A stretch of DNA of 64,000 nucleotides from Amphiscolops sp. MND2022 (lineage: Eukaryota): NCBI GenBank assembly GCA_964187785.1, contig OZ076415.1:71672001-71736000 (forward strand). Reading direction: 5' to 3'. Below are positions 1 to 13,039 of this stretch, in pieces. The position numbers and the translations under genes are program-made. Below the pieces are notes generated by a model. That model did no database searches, was not told the DNA's origin, and saw only the letters and a list, made by a program, of their open reading frames with translations. Numbering within the stretch: the stretch's first letter is position 1; the number at the start of each line of letters is the position of its first letter.

Positions 1-390
1 CGTAGGTGTATTGATAAGGACAAAGTGTGTTGAATAGTTACTCTTTTAACCGTCGGTTTTAGGTCCATCTTTCAATTTTACTGATGGGCTTCGGACGATA
101 AGTTCGATATACTAAGTTCGAATTTGAACTAGTGGATTAAGTTCGAATGGAATAGTTTCGAGACACCAAATTCGAATTTTCATATCGGGAATATCTGGTG
201 TGTCAAGAATAAAATATTACCTCTCGTAAATGTCTCAGAAAATTTTCAGTACTTTTCCTTTCTAATGTGGGGCAAATCCGGTGTATGCACGCTCGCCCTC
301 GCCGTCACAAAGACCAACTCCCACTACGATTGCTTCGCGATCTCCGTTCCCGCTAGGTCTTTGCTCCTGTTCGACTTCGCTTAGCAAGAT

Positions 391-730
391 GGGAACATAA
401 GCGACCCCGAGGGGCCGCGGGGCACTAGATTGAATGGGGAAATATCAGAGGCACGTTTTATACCTTAAACACAGTGATTCGAACTTGTTCCGGTTTTTGG
501 AAAATTCGAAGTAATGCGTTCGAACTTATTACCGTGCCCTGACTGATGCAATGGCAGATATTCTGCCAAAATTGTTCGGATCCCAGGTCGCAGTCTAGGG
601 AATTATATCCAGTTTAAAGAATAACTGTTTGTAGAATTTTACAAACTGGACCACCTGGGAACATAAGCGACCCTGCGAGGCCGCGGAGCACGAGAGGAAA
701 TGGGGACATATCCGAGGCACGTTTTATACT
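391..730 (+). repeat. Pair of ~80-bp diverged direct repeats (391-473, 657-730); the first has a GC hairpin followed by CTAG (Helitron 3'-end-like)
   Basis: GGGAACATAAGCGACCC...GAGGCACGTTTTATAC occurs twice; CCCCG-N8-CGGGG stem, then CACTAG ending at 428. Confidence 0.4.
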
Positions 731-965
731 TCGCATCTTTCCTATATAATTGGTCTTATTGTTTTACTTCAATTCCAGAATTCTACAAACTGGTATTCTA
801 CAAACTGGAACTAATTCAAAATAAAACGAAGTATGTCGAGTTTGTAGAATACCAGTTTGCAGAATTCTACAAACTGTTCCTAGGTGGTCGAGTTTGTAGA
901 ATTTTGTTTCTTTAAGCTGGATAACAAATTCTACAAACTAGAATAATAATTTCTACAAACTGGAC
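625..965. repeat. Cluster of TTCTACAAACT(G/A)G motifs in both orientations (MITE-like)
   Basis: About 10 copies of TTCTACAAACT / TTTGTAGAA between 629 and 963. Confidence 0.6.
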
Positions 966-1039
966 ATCCTTCGCACAAGATTCTGAGAACTAAATACCTA
1001 ATCTTGTTACATTTGAGCCTTTAGCAACCCTCGAATTTT

Positions 1040-1130
1040 TGGTATTGGTATTGAGCAAATTTGCTATTGGTATTGGTATTGGTATTGGTATTGATCAATA
1101 CCTGGCCACAAGAAATGTTATTGGTATTGA
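1040..1130. repeat. (GGTATT)n microsatellite-like tract
   Basis: Repeated GGTATTGGTATT, directly visible. Confidence 0.8.
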
Positions 1131-1584
1131 TCAATACCTGATCGCATATATTGGTAATAACTCTCCAAAATTAAAGGGTATAGTGTATCATAATTTGAAA
1201 TGAAAAATGAATTGATTTCAAATCAAACTCTATTACACAGAATGTGGAAGAACTGGGTGTTTTTCGTAATAAAGACATTGCGCGCGTGGTTTTGTAAATA
1301 GTTTTTTGAGTATCTGCATAAGGAGACTATACACTCGGGATCAACACTCGCGGGTCGAAAGCCTTTCCTGTTGTTTTCAATGCGGAAGTCCTCTTCGGTC
1401 ACCTTCTTAGAGAAGTCATCAAAAGTAATATCGTTGTCGAGATTGTACAAATGCTCATTTTCAGCATGGAAGAATTCGATATCCTAATGGCAGATACAAC
1501 ACAACAATGAACTACTTTCATTAGAACATGAATTTCACACTCTTGGAAGAAACTAATTCTCAAAAGAGAATAGCGCAATTTCAG

Positions 1585-4545
1585 ACTCCTTTCACTGTTT
1601 ACAAATTTAATACTGTGTATAGTGGCACTTTTACATTCGACTGACAGAGAGTAGCTTAGGGACCCCCAAAGAATCTCCTTCATAACTGTCCTGCAAACCA
1701 CCAATTTGAAGTCAACCTAATCAGTTGAAGACTTGTCGTCTCTAGCGTGGAAATTACATATGATGACAAAACAAATGTTTTGATAAAAGATGGGCATAGA
1801 TTACCTTGTTATTCCGCACTGCAAACCCACAACCAAAACTACTTATACTCTTATATCGTTTAGTGATGTCTTTTGTTTAAACTTCACACTTCAAAGTCAT
1901 TATGGGAAGAATGACAAAAATTGAAGAAAGATTTTGGATAGAAAGTGACTCCTTTATACACTCTTCAATCCACAAAAATCTGACACCACTTCAGGCATAA
2001 ACGGAACTCCTTATCCTTATATACATGCTCCACATACACAAAACCCACACAAGTCTAGTAATTCACGATTTGAACTGTTTCCTCATGCTTAACCTTTTCC
2101 TGGTAAACCTGAACCTTTTATGTCAACACAAAATTCCAATCTCCTTAGTGCATACAAAGTTGGTTTCAATTTGATTATAAGACAATCAAACCCAAAATCT
2201 ATTAACAATGATTACATGTCAGAAAAATTAACCTCAGAGATATCAAATAACAATAATACTTTCCCTGCTCTCAACGTGTGAAACAATTTTGCTTCTTGTA
2301 ACATCCGGCTCTGGTTCGTACTGCTTGGGAACAACTCCAAGCCAGTTTCAGTTTTAAAAAGACTGTAGGCAATAATTTTGACGGAATAGTTTCAAACTAC
2401 AACTCCAAAGTGGTAATAATTTCAACTTCGAGGTTCTTCAACTCTTCTCGAACGAAGCACTCTAGTTATTTCAATTCTCGCTGAATTAAATATCAGCTTC
2501 CTGAGCTCGAATTTGAAGATGTTATATAGAAGAGAAAATCTGCTTAAAGATCACCTTCTTTTTCAGGCATCAGGAATGGTTCTGGTCTTGATAAATATGA
2601 TACATGAATACATTCAGTCGAAGATGATATTTAGAGGTCGAAAATGCATCATCTTTTTGTTTAAACATCGTGTTTTTGTTTAAGCACATGGGATATAACA
2701 GAGGGAGTGAAGCATTCTTGCACTAGATATGCTATTCAACAGAATTAGTTGTTAATCAGAGACGTTAATCTACCGAAACGATCATCAGTCACTAATGACA
2801 TCTGATCTTTCATCAAAACTTCAAGATAGTAAGTTGGAATGCCACGGCTTGGCAGCAATCTGGCACCGTGACATAAGTAATAAATTTGGAAAGCACTAAA
2901 CTCGAGGTATATTGAAACCGCTTGACACGGGTTATACAAGGTCAGAGAAAAACAAAGTTTTCATGTATGTAATCTGTGGAGAAAAATATAAATTTCACAA
3001 CAACAAATTGCGGCTTACTAAAAAATAAAGCATGAAATCGAAATTATGTCACCATCATTTTGTGGAGCTAGGTGTCTGCTATACATAGGGCTTATCCGGG
3101 ATGGTCCATCATTTATGTGGAAAAAACGTGCCCATTACTATTTCGGAAATATGGAATAAATACTGAGAAAATCTTCTTTTTGATGATGAAAAGAGTTAAT
3201 ATCTCTACAAGGAAAGTGAGTATGGAAAATGTGTTCACTACAACAATTGAGCACATTGATTAGCGCCAGAAAAGGCAATTACGATTATTTAAACCCTTTC
3301 ATGCATTAGGTACAAACTTTTTCGAAGGTAACTGAATAAGAGTTGAAGTTCAATCTCTGGCGCCAGTGCTACCAGCGACTATGATGCTCATAGTACCACC
3401 AAAAAAAGTTACACTTCCAACCATTTTTTCGCTGAATGACTGTTCAAGAACTTAACACTCTTCTTACAGTCTATGAATTAGAACGCAATCAAAATCCTTA
3501 CACTTCTCGCTATGTCTGGAAGAAACCCACCAACATGCTGAATTTCTTTCACCAGGTAATCGAAGCATATTGCTCTAGGTTGAAGGCTCTACAGTTCGGC
3601 TATATGACAAGCCACATTTCTTGTCGCCATTTGACAAAACTGATCGTTGTTTCGATCGTATAACCATACATTACAAAGATACTCTTATTTGTGTGGATCT
3701 AGTTACACGACAAAATCATGACTATGCCACTCCCAAAGCATGTGTCTTTAATCCTCAAAACTTTATAGAACTTGATCCAGACTCGATGATCATAAATTTT
3801 ACATACTTCGTCCCGAACCTTTAAAACGAAAACCCCTCTTAAGTTTACTCCTTCTCAAATTAAAACTACAACACAACCTGAAACATTTACAGCCCAGTTT
3901 GCTGATATATATTCCAATATTGAACTTCATCAAGTTTGGAACAGAGTTTTGTTTCCAAACATTCAAAAACCACACTTATTTTTTCATCACCGCTATTACA
4001 CCTAACTATGATGCAATTGTTCCTGTCAACAATCCATAAATTACACTTTGTATTGGACTACATTATGAACTTCTAAACCACACTGTACTTTTTACAACCA
4101 CATATTTTTCAGATACTTTAATTTGGCTACCAATGTTACATCCTTAGGCAATTCGAAATTTATTTCTCTACATTCCCTGTCATACGAGCAATTTTAACTC
4201 TCCTTGCCTGAACATGTAAAACCATTTCTATTGAACATAATCTTCAACAAAAACTTACAGTACTCAGTTCTTTTGCATACTGGTTTTTTGAAGATTATCA
4301 CAGCTGAATAGGTCAATAACCTAAATAATGCTAATCCTAGGAAACACGCATTGCCTTCAACCAAAACTTCACATCAATTACTTTTGTCAACTATCATCAA
4401 AGACCCATCAGATGTATACTCTAGTTCTGATGATCCATTAGATAATCAAAATTCATCCCACAATCGCATAACTAGCTCAGAACATCTTGCTGAGAAGAAG
4501 AGTTTGTTTTACAAAAGTCATTTCCAGAACTCAAAGAAATATGCA
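1585..4545 (+). pseudogene. Decayed env-like glycoprotein ORF of LTR-retrotransposon type (second copy at 6279-9234)
   Basis: Frameshifted Cys-containing segments ITYDDKTNVLIKDGHRLPCY, GRMTKIEERFWIESDS, NNFA|TSDYDAH, MTVQELNTLLTVYELERNQ, DRCFDRITIHYKDTLICVDLVTRQ, then a hydrophobic C-terminal stretch. Assignment is by recall of Gypsy env-like ORFs and was not searched. Confidence 0.5.
2294..3366. mobile_element. ~1.07-kb insertion interrupting the env-like ORF (second copy at 6983-8055)
   Basis: Flanked by TGCT at 2290-2293 and 3367-3370; removing it restores AAC AAT TTT GCT ACC AGC GAC TAT (NNFATSDY). Confidence 0.55.
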
Positions 4546-6278
4546 CTAGGGTTTTTCTGCATAGTGGGACATTTTTCGACACTCTGAGATTTTGGCTAAA
4601 AGTAATTTTGTGAGCACCAGGACCCAGGGGAATATTTCCACCCACATTCGCAATTGTTGATCATAGTATGGAAAGTTTTTCCCGCCAGTGGGAAATTGTA
4701 TCAACAGGATATGTTGAGCGAGATACTTGACTCCTCTGTGGTGATAAAAAATCTTAAATTGGAAAAAATTGCATTTATACTGTATAAATGAATCAATTCC
4801 ACTGCTATAAAATGTAAAGAAAAGTTGAATGTTGATCAGGCGAGAGTGATTTCCTTTTTTTGAACAATACGTTTTGAGTAAATGTAGTAAAAGGCCTTTT
4901 GTCTGTTCGTACATACCCACACTGCCAGGAATAGAACAAAGCACTGACGTCACGTCACTTTCTCTTGCAAAATTCTTCCATATTTGGAAATTGGACACTC
5001 ACCGCTGCTTTCAATTTATCTCTTGTTCAATTAGTTGCGGTACAAATTGAAATGAATGAATGAAAATCATAAAAGCACGTCTTGCACCACCCACAAAACA
5101 ATTCCGTGCAACGAAATTCTGCCTTGCAGAGACTAGGTTCGAGCTTGTTATGCTTCTTTTATTTCGTTCAGCAAGTACCGAGAGAAATAGACAGTAGGCA
5201 TTTGTCATATACTCGTCCTTACAATGAAAATATTCACAGGGTTAACCACTCTCTCTTTCATATGAGATCATGTACAATCACACAATTCTCTCTAGGTTTA
5301 GGCAATATATAGTGAGTTGGTGTCCGTTTCAAGCATTTCTTTAACATACAAACTCCAAAATAATTGACGGAAATGTAGTAATAGTTCTCAATTCAGCATA
5401 CTGCAGGAAGAAAGAAGCGTGTGTTCGCAGTATTGATTCTTGTACAGTTGCACATTGATAACATTCAATCATTTGACTGCTCCCATCCATACATTTTTGA
5501 TGCACGATCTGTTGACCACTTTTCATTTCTTGTCAGTCAGTCATTGACCCCAAAAAACCGTACAAAGAATGCAATTAGAAATTATTGAACAAGTCTTTCT
5601 TTAGTAATAACATACAAAACCCAAGCTCCAACAAAAGTGTTTTAGGATGCGTCAACTGAGGATTAAAGGGTGACTGACAACTCCAGTTTCCTGATTCGTG
5701 TCTAACAAATTAGTAAATTGTATGCTTTGCGATGACAAATACGATACTGCAGTGCAAGTAACAAGGTCCGTAAGAGACTGGGGTGGTGATAAATATTCAG
5801 TGTATCTTCTTTGTCTCCTGGGGTCTCGCGCGTGGTTGTGAGCAATTAGTCTGGTAGCTTCACGGATAATAAGGGCCAAGCGGTACTACTTGCAATTTTG
5901 TGAACTGTGGAAAAATGTGGTAGACGTAAATTGTTCTTGACACGTTCAAGTCTGCTGCCTGGAACGATTGTAAGGCGTAGTGTGAAAACGTGTTGTTTGA
6001 ACACAAAAGTTGAATCTGAAATTCCAATTTCCCTCAGCTGCTGCTGCAATTGGTTGATATTTTCGTATGTACAACGAATTAGGACGCTTTCAATCATAAC
6101 CTCTGAAATAAAGTGTACACAGTTACTATTATAGATTTAAAACTCAATTCTTGAAGACTCAATTCAAAAATATGCAACTGCATTTGCTGAAAACATAGGT
6201 TGCACAACGTATTAACTGATGCCTATCAGAAATAAAAAATGCCACATATCACAACAAATATGTATCTATACGGAATCA

Positions 6279-9200
6279 ACTCCTTTCACTGTTTACAAAT
6301 TTAATACTGTGTATAGTGGCACTTTTACATTCGACTGACAGAGAGTAGCTTAGGGACCCCCAATAAATCTCCTTCATAACTGTCCTGCAAACCACCAATT
6401 TGAAGTCAACCTAATCAGTTGAAGACTTGTCGTCTCTAGCGTGGAAATTACATATGATGACAAAACAAATGTTTTGATAAAAGATGGGCATAGATTACCT
6501 TGTTATTCCGCACTGCAAACCCACAACCAAAACTACTTATACTCTTATATCGTTTAGTGATGTCTTTTGTTTAAACACTTCAAAGTCATTATGGGAAGAA
6601 TGACAAAAATTGAAGAAAGATTTTGGATAGAAAGTGACTCCTTTATACACTCTTCAATCCACAAAAATCTGACACCACTTCAGGCATAAACGGAACTCCT
6701 TATCCTTATATACATGCTCCACATACACAAAACCCACACAAGTCTAGTAATTCACGATTTGAACTGTTTCCTCATGCTTAACCTTTTCCTGGTAAACCTG
6801 AACCTTTTATGTCAACACAAAATTCCAATCTCCTTGTTGCATACAAAGTTGGTTTCAATTTGATTATAAGACAATCAAACCCAAAATCTATTAACAATGA
6901 TTACATGTCAGAAAAATTAACCTCAGAGATATCAAATAACAATAATACTTTCCCTGCTCTCAACGTGTGAAACAATTTTGCTTCTTGTAACATCCGGCTC
7001 TGGTTCGTACTGCTTGGGAACAACTCCAAGCCAGTTTCAGTTTAAAAAAGACTGTAGGCAATAATTTTGACGGAATAGTTTCAAACTACAACTCCAAAGT
7101 GGTAATAATTTCAACTTCGAGGTTCTTCAACTCTTCTCGAACGAAGCACTCTAGTTATTTCAATTCTCGCTGAATTAAATATCAGCTTCCTGAGCTCGAA
7201 TTTGAAGATGTTATATAGAAGAGAAAATCTGCTTAAAGATCACCTTCTTTTTCAGGCATCAGGAATGGTTCTGGTCTTGATAAATATGATACATGAATAC
7301 ATTCAGTCGTAGATGATATTTAGAGGTCGAAAATGCATCATCTTTTTGTTTAAACATCGTGTTTTTGTTTAAGCACATGGGATATAATAGAGGGAGTGAA
7401 GCATTCTTGCACTAGATATGCTATTCAACAGAATTAGTTGTTAATCAGAGACGTTAATCTACCGAAACGATCATCAGTCACTAATGACATCTGATCTTTC
7501 ATCAAAACTTCAAGATAGTAAGTTGGAATGCCACGGCTTGGCAGCAATCTGGCACCGTGACATAAGTAATAAATTTGGAAAGCACTAAACTCGAGGTATA
7601 TTGAAACCGCTTGACATGGGTTATACAAGGTCAGAGAAAAACAAAGTTTTCATGTATGTAATCTGTGGAGAAAAATATAAATTTCACAACAACAAATTGC
7701 GGCTTACTAAAAAATAAAGCATGAAATCGAAATTATGTCACCATCATTTTGTGGAGCTAGGTGTCTGCTATACATAGGGCTTAATCGGGATGGTCCATCA
7801 TTTATGTGGAAAAAACGTGCCCATTACTATTTCGGAAATATGGAATAAATACTGAGAAAATCTTCTTTTTGATGATGAAAAGAGTTAATATCTCTACAAG
7901 GAAAGTGAGTATGGAAAATGTGTTCACTACAACAATTGAGCACATTGATTAGCGCCAGAAAAGGCAATTACGATTATTTAAACCCTTTCATGCATTAGGT
8001 ACAAACTTTTTCGAAGGTAACTGAATAAGAGTTGAAGTTCAATCTCTGGCGCCAGTGCTACCAGCGACTATGATGCTCATAGTACCACCAAAAAAAGTTA
8101 CACTTCCAACCATTTTTTCGCTGAATGACTGTTCAAGAACTTAACACTCTTCTTACAGTCTATGAATTAGAACGCAATCAAAATCCTTACACTTCTCGCT
8201 ATGTCTGAAAGAAACCCACCAACATGCTGAATTTCTTTCACCAGGTAATCGAAGCATATTGCTCTAGGTTGAAGGCTCTACAGTTCGGCCATATGACAAG
8301 CCACATTTCTTGTCGCCATTTGACAAAACTGATCGTTGTTTCGATCGTATAACCATACATTACAAAGATACTCTTATTTGTGTAGATCTAGTTACACGAC
8401 AAAATCATGACTATGCCACTCCCAAAGCATGTGTCTTTAATCCTCAAAACTTTATAGAACTTGATCCAGACTCGATGATCATAAATTTTACATACTTCGT
8501 CCCGAACCTTTAAAACGAAAACCCCTCTTAAGTTTACTCGTTCTCAAATTAAAACTACAACACAACCTGAAACATTTACAGCCCAGTTTGCTGATATATA
8601 TTCCAATATTGAACTTCATCAAGTTTGGAACAGAGTTTTGTTTCCAAACATTCAAAAACCACACTTATTTTTTCATCACCGCTATTACACCTAACTATGA
8701 TGCAATTGTTCCTGTCAACAATCCATAAATTACACTTTGTATTGGACTACATTATGAACTTCTAAACCACACTGTACTTTTTACAACCACATATTTTTCA
8801 GATACTTTAATTTGGCTACCAATGTTACATCCTTAGGCAATTCGAAATTTATTTCTCTACATTCCCTGTCATACGAGCAATTTTAACTCTCTTTGCCTGA
8901 ACATGTAAAACCATTTCTATTGAACATAATCTTCAACAAAAACTTACAGTACTCAGTTCTTTTGCATACTGGTTTTTTGAAGATTATCACAGCTGAATAG
9001 GTCAATAACCTAAATAATGCTAATCCTAGGAAACACGCATTGCCTTTAACCAAAACTTCACATCAATTACTTTTGTCAACTATCATCAAAGACCCATCAG
9101 ATGTATACTCTAGTTCTGATGATCCATTAGATAATCAAAATTCATCCCACAATCGCATAACTAGCTCAGAACATCTTGCTGAGAAGAAGAGTTTGTTTTA

Positions 9201-10974
9201 CAAAAGTCATTTCCAGAACTCAAAGAAATATGCACTAGGGTTTTTCTGCATAGTGGGACATTTTTCGACACTCTGAGATTTTGGCTAAAAGTAATTTTGT
9301 GAGCACCAGGACCCAGGGGAATATTTCCACCCACTTTCGCAATTGTTGATCATAGTATGGAAAGTTTTTCCCGCCAGTGGGAAATTGTATCAACAGGATA
9401 TGTTGAGCGAGATACTTGACTCCTCTGTGGTGATAAAAAATCTTAAATTGGAAAAAATTGCATTTATACTGTATAAAAGAATCAATTCCACTGCTATAAA
9501 ATGTAAAGAAATGTTGAATGTTGATCAGGCGAGAGTGATTTCCTTTTTTTGAACAATACGTTTTGGGTAAATGTAGTAAAAGGCCTTTTGTCTGTTCGTA
9601 CATACCCACACTGCCAGGAATAGAACAAAGCACTGACGTCACGTCACTTTCTCTTGCAAAATTCTTCCATATTTGGAAATTGGACACTCACCGCTGCTTT
9701 CAATTTATCTCTTGTTCAATTAGTTGCGGTACAAATTGAAATGAATGAATGAAAATCATAAAAGCACGTCTTGCACCACCCACAAAACAATTCCGTGCAA
9801 CGAAATTCTGCCTTGCAGAGACTAGGTTCGAGCTTGTTATGCTTCTTTTATTTCGTTCAGCAAGTACCGAGAGAAATAGACAGTAGGCATTTGTCATATA
9901 CTCGTCCTTACAATGAAAATATTCACAGGGTTAACCACTCTCTCTTTCATATGAGATCATGTACAATCACACAATTCTCTCTAGGTTTAGGCAATATATA
10001 GTGAGTTGGTGTCCGTTTCAAGCATTTCTTTAACATACAAACTCCAAAATAATTGACGGAAATGTAGTAATAGTTCTCAATTCAGCATACTGCAGGAAGA
10101 AAGAAGCGTGTGTTCGCAGTATTGATTCTTGTACAGTTGCACATTGATAACATTCAATCATTTGACTGCTCCCATCCATACATTTTTGATGCACGATCTG
10201 TTGACCACTTTTCATTTCTTGTCAGTCAGTCATTGACCCCAAAAAACCGTACAAAGAATGCAATTAGAAATTATTGAACAAGTCTTTCTTTAGTAATAAC
10301 ATACAAAACCCAAGCTCCAACAAAAGTGTTTTAGGATGCGTCAACTGAGGATTAAAGGGTGACTGACAACTCCAGTTTCCTGATTCGTGTCTAACAAATT
10401 AGTAAATTGTATGCTTTGCGATGACAAATACGATACTGCAGTGCAAGTAACAAGGTCCGTAAGAGACTGGGGTGGTGATAAATATTCAGTGTATCTTCTT
10501 TGTCTCCTGGGGTCTCCCGCGTGGTTGTGAGCAATTAGTCTGGTAGCTTCACGGATAATAAGGGCCAAGCGGTACTACTTGCAATTTTGTGAACTGTGGA
10601 AAAATGTGGTAGACGTAAATTGTTCTTGACACGTTCAAGTCTGCTGCCTGGAACGATTGTAAGGCGTAGTGTGAAAACGTGTTGTTTGAACACAAAAGTT
10701 GAATCTGAAATTCCAATTTCCCTCAGCTGCTGCTGCTGCAATTGGTTGATATTTTCGTATGTACAACGAATTAGGACGCTTTCAATCATAACCTCTGAAA
10801 TAAAGTGTACACAGTTACTATTATAGATTTAAAACTCAATTCTTGAAGACTCAATTCAAAAATATGCAACTGCATTTGCTGAAAACATAGGTTGCACAAC
10901 GTATTAACTGATGCCTATCAGAAATAAAAAATGCCACATATCACAACAAATATGTATCTATACGGAATCAACTC
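6279..10974 (+). repeat. 4.69-kb tandem duplication, copy 2
   Basis: Starts ACTCCTTTCACTG at 6279 and ends GGAATCAACTC at 10974; roughly 99% identical to copy 1 by eye. Confidence 0.95.
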
Positions 10975-12042
10975 GATTGTTATACTGTTAAAAGAATAAT
11001 GAAAAAATGGCGTAACGTTCAGTTAACATTTCAACCTACCTTTCATGGAAAGTATGAGTCACTTTACCATGAAAAGGAGCGTAAACCTACCATAAACGGA
11101 AAAAGTAACTACGTACTAGAGTCAGCGTTGCCTTTAAAGTATCTGTCAATCAGTTTATATCTCTGTGAAAATTAATAGCTCAAGTATGTGATTCAACTGT
11201 CGGAAACAGCGCAAAATGTCCATTTAACAAGAAAGGGTTCAACCGTGATGGGACATTGAGTGCAAAATAATCTCCCAACGGAAGATTTCGTTTTGAAATG
11301 TTTTGCTTTGATACACGAGTTCCACAATTGTCGCAGGCAACTTTTTGATTTCGATCAAGAACAGGCTTTATTAGCGGCGAGTGTAACACGTGTTTATCCG
11401 AAGACAAGCGTATTGTAACAAAGTTGTAACTCTAAAAGCAAGCAACTAGATTTGTAACAGAAACTTGGAATAAGAAAGCCAGCAAATAGAATTGTAACAG
11501 AAAGTTGTAAAATATTTAATCTGAAAGCTAGCAGCTATTTTGTAGAACTGTAATATTTTGAATGACTTAAAAATGGTTGAAATTTCAGTTTACAAAGTTG
11601 TTAGACCAAATACGGAAGGTATGAGTCACTGAAACATGAAAGGAATTGCTTACCTACCATAAAAGGAAAAAGTAATTACGCACTAGCGTTAGATTTCCCT
11701 CTCAAGTACCTGTCAATCACTTTTAATCTCTCTGAACGATATTTGCTCAAGTGTGACATGTTTCTCTCAAGGGACTCTACATTGTCTGAGAGAAATTGCT
11801 CAAGTGGAACAATTTCAATCGGAAAGACACCGATACGTCTGGGAAAACATCTCAGGTGGAGCAATTATCATGTCATAAAACAAAAGTAGCGTGACAGCTG
11901 ACAGCTGGTTGACCTTTCATCTTGGATTCCTTTGATTACATTCCATAAAAGGAAGTTGAATGTCGTTCAAGTTTGATTGGTTGAAAAAAGTAACACTCAC
12001 AAGTCGAGCAACGGAATGCGTTGAAGACCGCTTGAATGTTTG

Positions 12043-13039
12043 CTACATAGTAAATATGACTGTTGTATAGCGTAACAACCTATCAGTACTAGAATACTTG
12101 CGCATACTCCATCTGACAAGCTCACCCACAAAATATCCGTCCACAGTGTCAACATCGTATAAAGAAATACTTATCCCAAGAGTTTCTTCCGCTGCCTGTA
12201 TATCGTTCAAGCAAACACCTTGAAACGTTGCTGACCGAACTTTTCCTTTCACTTTCACGTAGAGATTGAAATCGTTACAAGTTCTCTCCTCTGACCTCTC
12301 ATCTCTGTGCAGTTGTATCGCCAAGGATTTGAAAAAAGTTAAAATGTCGCAAGTGTTTTGATTACAAGTGAGACAATTATTAAATCGTTCCTTCAAACGA
12401 TGGTCCGGTAAAAGTGCATTTCTACAACCCATTGGAATATTCTTCAGTAAAAATGGAAAAAAAGTAACATTTGTCAACTTCCAAAACTGCCATTTTGTGT
12501 TGACCATTCCAAGGGGACAAGCTGTTATGACATTTTTTGAAGCAATCATTGCTTTAAAATGTTTCAAGTCGTCCCCTGTAATCAACAGTTTGTGTTTTTC
12601 CAACATTGAATTTTTTCCTTGAGGATAAACAAATCGGCAGCGCGAGTCCTCAAAATTTTCCATTATAAAACTGAAAGCTACATTGCCTTCGGCTGCGCAT
12701 TTCAAGTGACCAAGTAAGTCATCCAGCTTGGAATTGAGCTTTTCAATACTGAATGGATCTAATGCGAAGTTGAATGTAACGTGATCTCCTTGCTCTAGTT
12801 TTCAATCAACCAGAAATTGCTGATACGCACATGGAACATTTTTGGTGTCCGCGCCGATGGGATTGTTGCGAAATGGATCTGCACGTGGACAGTGCAACCG
12901 AGTTCCTATCTCTTTTTGTTGAATGCTTGCTGTTTTCAGGTTGTGCTGGTGGAAAAAAACCCAAAAATTTCTCTGTGACACACTTTACATTTGTTCTTTT
13001 AAGCTTCACATTTTGCTGCTTCGCAAAACTGTAAATCAA
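12043..13039 (-). pseudogene. Maverick/Polinton-like pPolB N-terminal region remnant
   Basis: LKCAAEGNVAFSFIMENFED...NTKWQFWKLTNVTFF..LLKNIPMGC..ALLP...FQGVCLNDI...ISLYDVDTVDG...LLRY resembles, from recall, the region preceding the exonuclease domain of invertebrate Maverick pPolB; no polymerase catalytic motifs are present. Confidence 0.55.

Larger units (their letters stand above)
1585..6278 (+). repeat. 4.69-kb tandem duplication, copy 1
   Basis: ORFs recur at an offset of 4689 (2745/7434, 3621/8310, 4546/9235); the copy starts at ACTCCTTTCACTG (1585). Confidence 0.95.

Noticed and set aside
1223-1584. Possible host exon on the minus strand (DIEFFHAENEHLYNLDND...)
   Set aside because: Protein-like, but with no recognisable motif or supportable splice model.
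4546-6134. ORFs of 60-150 aa here and in the paralogous copies
   Set aside because: Frames and ends differ between the near-identical copies and the mirror arm; no motifs.
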